Program-made: the position numbers and the translations under genes | Notes under the pieces: generated by a model | Database searches by the model: none | Told to the model about the DNA's origin: nothing | Seen by the model: the letters and a program-made list of their open reading frames with translations, nothing else | Source of the DNA: Candidatus Latescibacterota bacterium | Lineage (GTDB): Bacteria > Latescibacterota > UBA2968 > UBA8231 | Assembly (NCBI GenBank): GCA_965217585.1 | Contig: OZ244561.1 | Location: 1,472,001 to 1,536,000 of the forward strand | DNA length: 64,000 nucleotides | Direction: 5' to 3' | Shown: positions 28,618 to 37,850 of the stretch, piece by piece | Position numbering within the stretch: position 1 is the stretch's first letter | Layout of the letters: every line of letters begins with the position of its first letter

Positions 28618-29562
28618 TTATTTGCCGTCTGCGGAGGGCGGTGGCTCCGCGTCCTGCTCCACAGGCATACGCCAGTTTTGCGCCTCATCTAAAGTAATGG
28701 TGCGAAAATCGGGCATCCGGTCGGCGTCTCGGTCCTGATGCTGATGGCCGCCTAGAATGTACATCGAGTGCTTGCGCCCCGACCCCGGCCGGTCGGCGTC
28801 GAGCAGCCGGAATCCTATGTGCAGTATCTGCCCCGGCGCGAAAACGTGTCGTTTGCTCTCCTCGGGACTCGGCCCCAGCACATCCCACAAGGCCGCTTTC
28901 CACTCGAAGGTATATTCGACGTGCAAAGTGCCGTTGGTCGCGTCGGGCGGGCGCATCGTCCAAGCGATGTCGAAGTGGGGTTTGTCCATCGCCCACAGGA
29001 ACTCCTCCAAGAAGGGGTCGTGGTGCTGATCGAGAAAGCCAGCTTGGCCGTGGGGCAGACGCGGGTGCCGCAACGGCAGCACTCGGGCGTAGTAGCGTTG
29101 GCCGTTGACCAGTTCCTCGCGGGTGAACCCGTAGATACTGCCGCCAGAGTGGTCGGAATCCACGGTAATCGACAGCGTATCGTCCTGCCACCACTTGAGG
29201 GGGTCTTCGTTTTCGATCTTGAGGGTATCGTCGATGATCCGGGCGAAGCAGTACCAGCTATTGTCGGGGGGCGGACTCCAAGCGGTGTAGATGGTAAAGT
29301 CGAAGTCGGCCGCATCGACCTGGTCCGATTCGCGGTCGAAGAATCCCTCCCGCTCCAGCGCTAGACGAGGGTCGAAAAAGGCCCAATCCTCGTCGTCGCC
29401 ATCTATAGTTATCGAGGCGGGATCGGGCACTTCGACGAAGGGGACCGTGACGCCCACATGGGCAGACGCGATACTGGTTATGGGAACGGTCAGGACTAGG
29501 CTTAAGAGGAATGCCCTGAACAGGCCACAGCAATGCGCGTACATGTAGCTAGCCATTGTCAT
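28618..29562 (-). CDS. Secreted DOMON/CBM9-like protein (family D, copy 2, without the WG tail)
   Basis: Start reassigned to ATG 29562 (RBS GAGGA). ASA|HVGVTV..PDPASITIDG is nearly collinear with 40776..41684; DSDHSGG. Confidence 0.7.
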   Translation of the reverse strand: MTMASYMYAHCCGLFRAFLLSLVLTVPITSIASAHVGVTVPFVEVPDPASITIDGDDEDWAFFDPRLALEREGFFDRESDQVDAADFDFTIYTAWSPPPDNSWYCFARIIDDTLKIENEDPLKWWQDDTLSITVDSDHSGGSIYGFTREELVNGQRYYARVLPLRHPRLPHGQAGFLDQHHDPFLEEFLWAMDKPHFDIAWTMRPPDATNGTLHVEYTFEWKAALWDVLGPSPEESKRHVFAPGQILHIGFRLLDADRPGSGRKHSMYILGGHQHQDRDADRMPDFRTITLDEAQNWRMPVEQDAEPPPSADGK

Positions 29563-29658
29563 ATCTTTCCTCGCATCGGTTTGCCGACTAGGATAAAACT
29601 GAAGGTTGTATATTAGCGGTATAATATATAATCGCAATGCTTCTACTTGGAAGAATAC

Positions 29659-31518
29659 ATGAGAGCTATAATACTTTTACTTTGCGTGCAAAAGGTTCTC
29701 GCCGCGAGCACAGGAGCTAACGCTATGACCCAACCGGTGACACTGCAAACGGGTGAGATGATTATCATCGACAACGGGCTGGTGCGTCTGGGGATCCGCG
29801 AAGACGGCATCCTGCAGGAGCTTTCCCTGCGCGGCGGTCCCAACTTGGCCAGCAGCGGCTACTGGAACTGCAACGGCAATGGATACGACGCGGCGGAAGC
29901 ACCGCTGCGCCAGAAATTCTCGGTACTGGCCGGCCAAGCCAACGTGCTGCGCCAATCCGCCGAACTAGTGGAGGTGGCCTTCGTCCGCGAGCCAGCGGAG
30001 CCTCTTTTTTTTCGCACCGCGCTCCACTACGTGCTGCGACGGGGCGAGTCGGGATTTTACCTCTACATGACCGCGGCTCACGACGCACAAATGCCCGCCG
30101 GCTCTATCACGCAATATGCCTACAACCTCCGTCTCTCCCCGCAGCACTTCGATTATATCGCCGTTGACGAGACCCGCCGGCACATAAGCCACACTTGCGA
30201 GGAAGAAGGTGCGGCCAAACAGATCATGGATGCCACGTTTGTCCTTGCCGACGAGCGCGTGGTCAGCAAATACGATTACTGTCACGCAATCGAAGACGGC
30301 GACTTCAATATATACGGCTGGGCCGGGCCGCAAGCCGGCGTGTGGTGGATCCAAGCCAGTGGGGAATACTATGGCTCGGCACCGTTCCGCGTCTTGCTGA
30401 CGAGCCACCAGACGGCGAAGACGCCTGTCATCGTCTGGCAGGCGCACTGTGTGCATCGAGGCGGATACGAGATCGAGTTTCCGCCCGGGGATGGGACAAA
30501 CTGGCAAAAGATATACGGTCCCGCGTTCGTCTATCTCAACAGCGGCGGCGATTACAACAATCTGTGGAGCGACGCCAAAGCGCATGTGGCGACCGTCGTG
30601 CAAGAGTGGCCGTTTGCGTGGATGGCGCACGAGTTGTTTCCGCTTGAGCGCGGCAGAGCGGTCGGCCAGCTCGTTTTCGACGATGGCACCCCGGTCGTCG
30701 ATGCGTGGGTAATCTTCGCGCCGGAAGGGATACACTGGTCGCAGGAGAACAAAGGGTATCACTTCTGGACTCGCACCGATGCACACGGGCGCTTTCGTCT
30801 GCAACAAGTGCGGCCGGGCCGCTATTCGCTCTTCGCGCTGGGTGCCGATCAGTTTTACGAGTTTCAACAGGACGGAATCGTGGTCACGGCCGGCGAGGAG
30901 ACGGCTGTAGGTCGTCTGACTTGGCAACGGGTCGCGCGCGGCCAACGCGTTTGGCAGATCGGCACGGCCGATCGGTCGCCGGGGGAATTCGCCAATGGCC
31001 GCGACTTTCACCATTGGGGGCTATGGCGTCGTTATCCGATTGACTTTCCGCAGGACGTCACCTTTGTAATCGGCAAGAGCAAGGAGCGCGAGGACTGGAA
31101 CTTCGCGCATTGGAACTGGTATAGCCAAAACAACGCTTGGAATATCATCTTCGACTTGGACGAAAAGCCCACGGGCAAGGCAGTGCTGACCTTCGGTATC
31201 GCCATCGCTAGGGGGCACAATGCACGGGGGTCCGGGGACAACGCGGCGGCCGAGTTGCGAGTATGGGCCAACGACGAGGAAGTGGGCGTCGTCAGCGTGG
31301 CGAGCACGGGTGGGGACAGTTACCGCAGCGCTAGACAATCGACGCGCTACAGCGTGGAGGAGATCGCCTTCGACGCCGGACTACTCAGCAGCGGCGAGAA
31401 TGTGATCTCTCTGCGGCATACTTTGGGCAATCGCTACGTGCAGGGTGAGGAAAAGGGCGAAAGCGGTTCTGGACCCGGCTGTATCATGTACGACGCCATA
31501 CGACTGGAAATCGAGTAG
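29659..31518 (+). CDS. Polysaccharide lyase family 4 (rhamnogalacturonan lyase-like)
   Basis: IDNGLV, HYVLRRGESGFY, SKYD, WQKIYGP, YHFWTRTDAHGRF..VRPGRYSL, WQIGTADRS, MYDAIRLE match the three-domain PL4 layout. Start uncertain (29647, 29659 or 29724). Confidence 0.85.
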   Translation: MRAIILLLCVQKVLAASTGANAMTQPVTLQTGEMIIIDNGLVRLGIREDGILQELSLRGGPNLASSGYWNCNGNGYDAAEAPLRQKFSVLAGQANVLRQSAELVEVAFVREPAEPLFFRTALHYVLRRGESGFYLYMTAAHDAQMPAGSITQYAYNLRLSPQHFDYIAVDETRRHISHTCEEEGAAKQIMDATFVLADERVVSKYDYCHAIEDGDFNIYGWAGPQAGVWWIQASGEYYGSAPFRVLLTSHQTAKTPVIVWQAHCVHRGGYEIEFPPGDGTNWQKIYGPAFVYLNSGGDYNNLWSDAKAHVATVVQEWPFAWMAHELFPLERGRAVGQLVFDDGTPVVDAWVIFAPEGIHWSQENKGYHFWTRTDAHGRFRLQQVRPGRYSLFALGADQFYEFQQDGIVVTAGEETAVGRLTWQRVARGQRVWQIGTADRSPGEFANGRDFHHWGLWRRYPIDFPQDVTFVIGKSKEREDWNFAHWNWYSQNNAWNIIFDLDEKPTGKAVLTFGIAIARGHNARGSGDNAAAELRVWANDEEVGVVSVASTGGDSYRSARQSTRYSVEEIAFDAGLLSSGENVISLRHTLGNRYVQGEEKGESGSGPGCIMYDAIRLEIE

Positions 31519-31536
31519 CATAGGGCACATCGCGGC

Positions 31537-33906
31537 CTAGTAAGCCACGCTGATGATGCGATGCTGGCTCGCGGCCCCGGCTTGGGCCTCCACCTCCACC
31601 CGGCACAGGTACGAACCGGGGGGGACTACGCGCTCGTTCTGGTCTTGGCCAGTCCAAGTGTAGAGATAGGACTGGTCTGGCTGGCGCTGCCCCTCAAGGG
31701 CGCGGACGAGTCGGCCGTCGAGGGCGTAGATCTGCACTTGGGCGGGCGCGTCCGTCTTCAGGACGTGGAAGCGAATTTCTGCGGCGTCGCTGATCCCGTC
31801 CCCGTTGGGGCTGATGAACGACTGCACCGAGAGATTGGCGATCAGCCGGTCAGTGCCCGGGACGCTGGGCAAATAGACGGTCGTGGCGGCGCGGCTCGCC
31901 GGATCGACCGGCTGCCAGACCTCTAGCTGCTGCTCGTGTCCCACGAAGGCCCGGAAGAGGGTGGCGTTGCGCTTTACAACCGCGCTGAACGCCAGCGCGA
32001 CTTCCTCTCGCCGCACCGTGCGCGGCAACTCCACGAACAGCGAATCGCCCGCGACGCGCACCGCGGCCGGCTCGGCTTCGGCACCGCCTATGGTGAGGAC
32101 GAGCGAGTCGGGGTCGGCGGGCGAGGGGGTTTGCAGGAGGATGCGATCAAACCCGGGGTTACGCGACTCTAGCTTCGGCGTGATGTGGAACGAGAAAAGT
32201 TGGGGCACGCCCGCCTCGGCCGTGCGCGGCACCACCTCGCCGGTGACCCCGGCGAGAAAGGCGTCGGTAAATTCGATCTCCAAGGCGCGCACGGTCGGCG
32301 CGGTGGTCGGGCGATCTGAACTGAGGATGAGCTGGACTTGGACCAAGCGACGCGGGCTCGGAGAAAGAAACTGCTCGCCGGAGCGCTGGTAAAAGTTGCT
32401 CCACTCGCTCCAGTCCTCACCAATGCCGATGGTGCTCAGGGTCTCGCCCCGCAACGCCTTCGGCATCTGATCGAACTGCTCGGCCGTTACTTCGGTGCCA
32501 TCCTTGCGGAAGTAGCGAAAATTTTCTTGCAGCGCATTGCCCGAGCGGGTGCGTGCCTGAATGCGAGCACCCGGGGGCAGGTCGGCTTCCCAGTACAGGG
32601 ATTTGATCACCTTCGCCCGGTTGTCGCCCGCGATTTGCCCCAAGTCGATGAAGTCCGAACTCATCTCCACTTGGGCCACGTGGCCCACCGCAAACACCAG
32701 CGTCTCTATCAAAAAGCCGCTCTGGAACTCGAAGCTGGTCTGCGCCCCGCCGCCGCCAACCCATTCGGCGGCGATAAAGCGGACGGGGCGCGGCTCAAAA
32801 AGATACGTCAATTGGCCGGGGAACTCGGTCGAGGACGCGAGCAAGGCATTCGCGTCGCCGATGAAGAGCTGGTCGAGATCGACTTCGCCCGTCAGGGTGC
32901 GGCGACCGTTGGAAACGCTCAAGCTGTGGGTGCGAATCTGGGGCAGGTTGGAGCCGTACGTCAGGGTGCGAAGGAGAAAGTCCGAAGTGCGCATCACGAT
33001 CCGATCCACCCAAAACAGCGCGCCCAAATCCCAGTCCCAAGCAATGGGATCTTGGCCGCGCTCCCGCCGTGCTCCCCAATCGGTATTGGCGTTGCCGTCG
33101 GCCATCTTGAAGGCAAATCCCCGCCCCGAGCGCTCCTGAATCGCGCCACCGCGCTCTAGGGTCTGCAAAGCGATATTTTCCCCGAGCGTGTACACTTCCA
33201 CCTCGGCCAGCGCTGCGTCCGGCGTCTTGGCGTCCACCAAAATCCTTATGTATTGCAGCAAGTCGTAGGTAGCGTCCACCTCGCGGCCCTCCCGCACCCG
33301 CTTCGCCTCCCGCACTAGCGGCCTCACGTCGTAAATCACCTCAGTCTCATTAATGGGCTTGGTGGTACCGCCTATCAGGTGAAAAGAGAATATGTCTTGG
33401 CGCGTCACGCGGCGGCCCTCGGAGCCGAAGACGCGAAACTCGCGGAAGGGCCGCGCGCCCTCTTGATCGGGAAAAATGAGGCGAATCTCCGACACGAGTA
33501 CGGCCCTTCCTAAGTTAATCTCGATCCACCAGTCCTCTAAGGGGGCGTCTGGGTCGGGTTGCCAGAAGGAATTAGCGCGGCCGTCTATGACCCGGCCGGC
33601 CGTTGCGAGGTTGGAGCCGGCCTTCCACGCACCGCCGCGCATCTCTTGGCCGCTCACCAGCTCGTGGGTGAATTCGCTGGCGTTGGCCGCGGCGTTGTGC
33701 ACGCCCTTGAATTCGACGGGGGTCACCGAGCCGTTGGGGGAAAATGCGAGCGTGCCGGACGGGAAGGTCCACTGCCTCCACTGGGCTCGGCGATCCACCC
33801 GGTACACCTCCAGATCGGCGCTCCGAGTCTGGGCGTACGCCGCCAGCACGAGGGCTGCCAGGCCCGCGAATAGGAGGAACTTTTGGTGTGAGCGAATGCG
33901 CTGCAT
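31537..33906 (-). CDS. Secreted discoidin/FlgD-Ig protein (family A, long form, copy 3)
   Basis: Start reassigned to ATG 33906 (RBS AAGGAG). DWWIEINLGR, WSEWS..SPSPRR, ISPNGDGISD..PPGSY; ends ISVAY. Confidence 0.8.
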   Translation of the reverse strand: MQRIRSHQKFLLFAGLAALVLAAYAQTRSADLEVYRVDRRAQWRQWTFPSGTLAFSPNGSVTPVEFKGVHNAAANASEFTHELVSGQEMRGGAWKAGSNLATAGRVIDGRANSFWQPDPDAPLEDWWIEINLGRAVLVSEIRLIFPDQEGARPFREFRVFGSEGRRVTRQDIFSFHLIGGTTKPINETEVIYDVRPLVREAKRVREGREVDATYDLLQYIRILVDAKTPDAALAEVEVYTLGENIALQTLERGGAIQERSGRGFAFKMADGNANTDWGARRERGQDPIAWDWDLGALFWVDRIVMRTSDFLLRTLTYGSNLPQIRTHSLSVSNGRRTLTGEVDLDQLFIGDANALLASSTEFPGQLTYLFEPRPVRFIAAEWVGGGGAQTSFEFQSGFLIETLVFAVGHVAQVEMSSDFIDLGQIAGDNRAKVIKSLYWEADLPPGARIQARTRSGNALQENFRYFRKDGTEVTAEQFDQMPKALRGETLSTIGIGEDWSEWSNFYQRSGEQFLSPSPRRLVQVQLILSSDRPTTAPTVRALEIEFTDAFLAGVTGEVVPRTAEAGVPQLFSFHITPKLESRNPGFDRILLQTPSPADPDSLVLTIGGAEAEPAAVRVAGDSLFVELPRTVRREEVALAFSAVVKRNATLFRAFVGHEQQLEVWQPVDPASRAATTVYLPSVPGTDRLIANLSVQSFISPNGDGISDAAEIRFHVLKTDAPAQVQIYALDGRLVRALEGQRQPDQSYLYTWTGQDQNERVVPPGSYLCRVEVEAQAGAASQHRIISVAY

Positions 33907-33920
33907 GGCCTGCTCCTTTT

Positions 33921-35855
33921 TTAGTAGACAACTCCCACCGCGCCGAGGCGCGTGAAGCGCTCGCGCTCGGCTTCGGCGGTCACCTTGGCGAGGTAAATAC
34001 CCACGGGAACCGGGTTGCCGCTGTCGTCGCGGCCGTCCCATTCCCAAGCAAAAGAGCCGCTGCTGCGCGCGCCCGTAAACAAGGTGCGAACCCGCTGGCC
34101 TCCAAGCGAGAAAATTCGCACGGCCAACTGGACGGGCTGCTGGAGCTGGACCAAGGTGCAGGAAATGCGCACGCGATCGTTGACCCCGTCGCCATTGGGC
34201 GTCACTACGGGCGGCTGCACCGCAAAAAACGGGAGCAGGTTGCGTGCTGAAGCAGCCGTGGTCAGCACGCGCAAGTCGTTGGTCAAGACCGTAGGGTTGG
34301 CGTCCCCGGGCAGGACCTGCTGTGGGGACTCGTCGCTTTGGGTGTCGAAGACTCGGGCGCGAAAGAACGTAGATTGGACGAAGACTTCGGCGTCGAACAC
34401 GACGCGCAAAGCACTCGGCGATTGATGCGTCAGCCTTTGGCTGGGGAAGAATAGCTTCAGGCTTCTTTCGCCCTCGACGACGCTGTCGGGCGCGGTGGCA
34501 ACGGGCGGATCGCCCGTGAACATTTCCCTGAACTGCGGCTTAGAGGGCGTGAGAATCTCCATGGCGTCAAAGCCCACGTCCGTCTCGCTTATGTCGGCGC
34601 GGATATCGTAGGCAAAGGTCGAAAGCGCGCCGGCCGGCACTCGGGGCTTGTTGCCCAAGGGGCGGGGGGTTTCCAGCGTGGATATTTCCCCTATGAGCTG
34701 CTGGGCCAACGGCGGAATGGAGTGCTCGACCGCCAGCGAGTTGACCCGTATGCCGTCGAGGATGGAGTGGCTGGTGAGGGCGATTTCGAGTTGGAAGAAA
34801 CGACGCGGGCTAGGTAGCTCAATCCGCTGGCCAGACTCGGCAAAGGGCGGCGACCACTCGCTCCAGTTGACTTGGTCGTCTTCGACCGGGCCGCGCACGT
34901 TCAGGCCCAGCCGACCGTAGTCGCCCTCCGAGACTTCCTGCACGTCGCCGGTGAAAACATTGACGATTTCGTAGAACACCTGCGGGGTATCGTCGCGGCC
35001 CGTGCGCATGCGAATGGAGACCTCCGCATCGGCCATGGGCTCGACGTCGATGCGGCCCTCTTCCTGGCGCAAGGTTTCGGTCGTCCACAGCAGGCGGCTG
35101 AAATTGGCTACTTCGCCTAAGTCGATGATCTTGGACAGATAGCGGCCCCCCGGCGGAAAGCCCGCTCCGTACACCTCAAACTCAGCGATCTCAAAGGGAT
35201 TGGTCGAAGTCACGTTGAGCTGGATGTAGCGGACGAATTGCAATGGGAAGGGAATTTGCGCCACGCTTTCCGTGGTGAAATCCACTTGGGTCAGCAGGTT
35301 GTACACCGGCAGGTTTGTCGGTGTGAAGCTCACGCCGTCGCTGACCTGAATTTTATAGCCGCGAATGAAATCGTCGGCAAAGGGCCGCCCGCGACTGTCG
35401 GCCCCTTCCGGCCGCGGGAAAAACGAGATGCGGTTGATGGGAAGGCTCGTGCCTAAGTCAAAGAAAAAGGCCCGCCCCGCTTGCAGCACCCCGAAATCCT
35501 TGAAGCGATTTTCGCTGGAGGTCTGCACGTCGCCATCGACGAGCGGGACATTTGTCTGCTTGAAGGGCACGTTGTCCCACACCCGCGCCGCGGCCACCTC
35601 ACTGACGAAATCCAAGGGGAAGCCTTCGGTCCATCTTAGCTGCCGGACGATGTTCTCGTTGGGATTAAAACCCACCAATTGAATGGCCCCGGCTACATCG
35701 AAGCTGATGGCCGTGGAATTGAGCTCGTCGTCCCTCCAAGAACGGCCCGCGCCGCCCAATTCCCACTGCCGCACCTCGCCCGTAACCGCCGCGGCCAACC
35801 ACGCGACCCCGACCAACGCCTTAGAAGTAGCAAATAGCGATTTGAACGCGTGCAA
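33921..35855 (-). CDS. Secreted discoidin/FlgD-Ig protein (family A, short form)
   Basis: FDLGTSLPINRISFFP, WSEWSPPF, TPNGDGVND..WDGRD..PVGIY; ends VGVVY. Confidence 0.8.
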   Translation of the reverse strand: MHAFKSLFATSKALVGVAWLAAAVTGEVRQWELGGAGRSWRDDELNSTAISFDVAGAIQLVGFNPNENIVRQLRWTEGFPLDFVSEVAAARVWDNVPFKQTNVPLVDGDVQTSSENRFKDFGVLQAGRAFFFDLGTSLPINRISFFPRPEGADSRGRPFADDFIRGYKIQVSDGVSFTPTNLPVYNLLTQVDFTTESVAQIPFPLQFVRYIQLNVTSTNPFEIAEFEVYGAGFPPGGRYLSKIIDLGEVANFSRLLWTTETLRQEEGRIDVEPMADAEVSIRMRTGRDDTPQVFYEIVNVFTGDVQEVSEGDYGRLGLNVRGPVEDDQVNWSEWSPPFAESGQRIELPSPRRFFQLEIALTSHSILDGIRVNSLAVEHSIPPLAQQLIGEISTLETPRPLGNKPRVPAGALSTFAYDIRADISETDVGFDAMEILTPSKPQFREMFTGDPPVATAPDSVVEGERSLKLFFPSQRLTHQSPSALRVVFDAEVFVQSTFFRARVFDTQSDESPQQVLPGDANPTVLTNDLRVLTTAASARNLLPFFAVQPPVVTPNGDGVNDRVRISCTLVQLQQPVQLAVRIFSLGGQRVRTLFTGARSSGSFAWEWDGRDDSGNPVPVGIYLAKVTAEAERERFTRLGAVGVVY

Positions 35856-35906
35856 AACAATTCCCTCACTTTATTGGCGAAATATAGCCTGTTTTCACCC
35901 AGAGCC

Positions 35907-37847
35907 TCAACCCCAGAAAATCACGTTGCCAACCATGCCGGTAAAGTGATCGACGAACAGAAAAATGCCTCCCGGCACGATGTGCCCGGCGATCATGCCC
36001 ATGAAAAAGGGGCGCGTCTTGCGATAGAGCGCCACGCCGCCGTAGCGCAGCACCGACACCTTAATAAGCCAAGCCAAGAACATGTCGAACCAGAGGTGAT
36101 CCATGATCCCGGTGGGGCCGATGGGGTAGCCGAGGGGATGGAGAGGCCACCAGACATAGTACCAGCGCGCCAGCATCAAGAGCAGCATCACGCCCGCTCC
36201 AATCCCGGTGTTAATCCAACCCCCCAGATGCGGCTCGCTCGGCGTGCGAATCAAGCCGGCGGCGTAGTCGTAGAACCCGTGCTGCCCTCCGGGTATTTTC
36301 AGGTTGAGCGCCCCGTAGGAATAGCCCAGTTCCATAACCACCCACATCGACGAGACCAGCCCGACGGCCATGGCCAAGAGCATCGTCCAAAACAGCGGAC
36401 GCTTGGAACCGCCGAAGCCCTCGCCCAACTTGAGGCTGTTGGCGGACGAAGTCATGGCGAAACTGCGCCCGGTCGTCCAGAAATAGGTCGTCGCCAGCAC
36501 GACCAAGCCTTGGACACCGATGGCCGAAGAACCGACGGCTGAGACGACGATGGCGGCCGGACCGACCGGGACCGAACCGTCCGAAAGCCCCCCTTCGGCG
36601 ATTAGGCGAGTAAACCCGACAAAAAGCGCGAAAGCGGTAAAGAGAAACGCTAGCGCGACCCAGATGGGCAAGCCCGCCAGCGCGAGCCACGCGACCAGCA
36701 CCGCGCTGCTGCCCAGCAGGACCAGCACCGCCGTCCGATAGGATAGAATTTCGCCGGAGTCATCTACCTTGGGATCCCCCCACAGGGCCTTGCGCAAGAC
36801 CGCCCGCAGGTGCTTGCGGGCCGCGAACAAGCCAAATAGAAATAGGACCAGCATCCCGCCCATCGACTGGTGGACGAGTATTGGGTCGATGATAGAGTGC
36901 CCGCCCCCCAGCATTTCCGAACTAGTGACGCCTAGTACTGCAAATGTGGTGCGCAAGGCATTGGCGAAGAGGTTAAAAAACCACAGGCTGAAGGCGATTT
37001 CTGTCTTGAGAAAGTAGAAAAATCCTAAAATGTTGAAGCGGAATTTGAATTGCAGTTCGGACAGGTTGTCGAAAATGGGTAGGATGAAGTGGATGGGATC
37101 TACATTGGTGGCGATGGGCACGGTCTCGGGGAAGTAGTTGTGCAGCCCGTGCAGGGTGCCCCAGACGGCCGGTACGGCAAAGCCTGTCCACATCACCGGG
37201 TTTTTGAAGAATGGGGCAATGCGTTCCCCCCCGGCGTCCTGTTCGGTGAGAGCCATCGGCACCTGGACCAGCGGATAGGTCAGCCGCTCGTGATCGTTCC
37301 ACTGCTTGCGCAGAATCGCCATCACGGCAATCATCGCCAAAAACAAGGCCCACACAAAAGGTGCCCAGCGCAAGAAAATCGGCAGCCAACCAGCCCAGGG
37401 GATGGAGCGGCCTTGCTCCAAGCCCTCGTAAAAAGGCCCCATGACTCCTAGGTCGCGCGGCTCCAACCAGTCCGCTATGTGGGGTTGGATGAGGGTGTGC
37501 CAGTCGTTTTCCGGCGTGGCAAAGTAAAAGGGGGTGAGGATCGTGCCGATGAACCGGCCGGCAAAAAACACCGGCAGGGGCGAGGCCATGACCATCATTA
37601 TATAAATGAGCAGCAGCTCGCCGCGGTTCAGCCCAGCTCGCGGATGGACCAGCTTGAGCAGCGGGTTGACCAAGCCAGCGAGGAAGAAGAGCAGGAACAG
37701 AGCGCCGACCGTACTGGTCCCAAGCGTCATGTAGGAGCCGCGGAGATAGAAAACCCCATACGAGTCGCCCGCGGCCACAAAAAACGTGAACAGGCAGCCG
37801 AGGATCAGGGCCTTGGGCGTGAAGGCTCCGGCCGCTGGGGGTTGCAA
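35907..37847 (-). CDS. Polytopic inner-membrane protein, putative transporter (family C, copy 2)
   Basis: YFATPENDW, LRKQWNDHERLTYPLVQVP, RLIAEGG, WWPLHPLGY. Paralog of 9239..11227. Confidence 0.75.
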   Translation of the reverse strand: MQPPAAGAFTPKALILGCLFTFFVAAGDSYGVFYLRGSYMTLGTSTVGALFLLFFLAGLVNPLLKLVHPRAGLNRGELLLIYIMMVMASPLPVFFAGRFIGTILTPFYFATPENDWHTLIQPHIADWLEPRDLGVMGPFYEGLEQGRSIPWAGWLPIFLRWAPFVWALFLAMIAVMAILRKQWNDHERLTYPLVQVPMALTEQDAGGERIAPFFKNPVMWTGFAVPAVWGTLHGLHNYFPETVPIATNVDPIHFILPIFDNLSELQFKFRFNILGFFYFLKTEIAFSLWFFNLFANALRTTFAVLGVTSSEMLGGGHSIIDPILVHQSMGGMLVLFLFGLFAARKHLRAVLRKALWGDPKVDDSGEILSYRTAVLVLLGSSAVLVAWLALAGLPIWVALAFLFTAFALFVGFTRLIAEGGLSDGSVPVGPAAIVVSAVGSSAIGVQGLVVLATTYFWTTGRSFAMTSSANSLKLGEGFGGSKRPLFWTMLLAMAVGLVSSMWVVMELGYSYGALNLKIPGGQHGFYDYAAGLIRTPSEPHLGGWINTGIGAGVMLLLMLARWYYVWWPLHPLGYPIGPTGIMDHLWFDMFLAWLIKVSVLRYGGVALYRKTRPFFMGMIAGHIVPGGIFLFVDHFTGMVGNVIFWG

Positions 37848-37850
37848 GGA

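Noticed and set aside
29965-31014. 349-aa minus-strand ORF and similar long antisense ORFs elsewhere
   Set aside because: Shadow ORFs expected in high-GC DNA opposite well-supported genes; no recognisable motifs.
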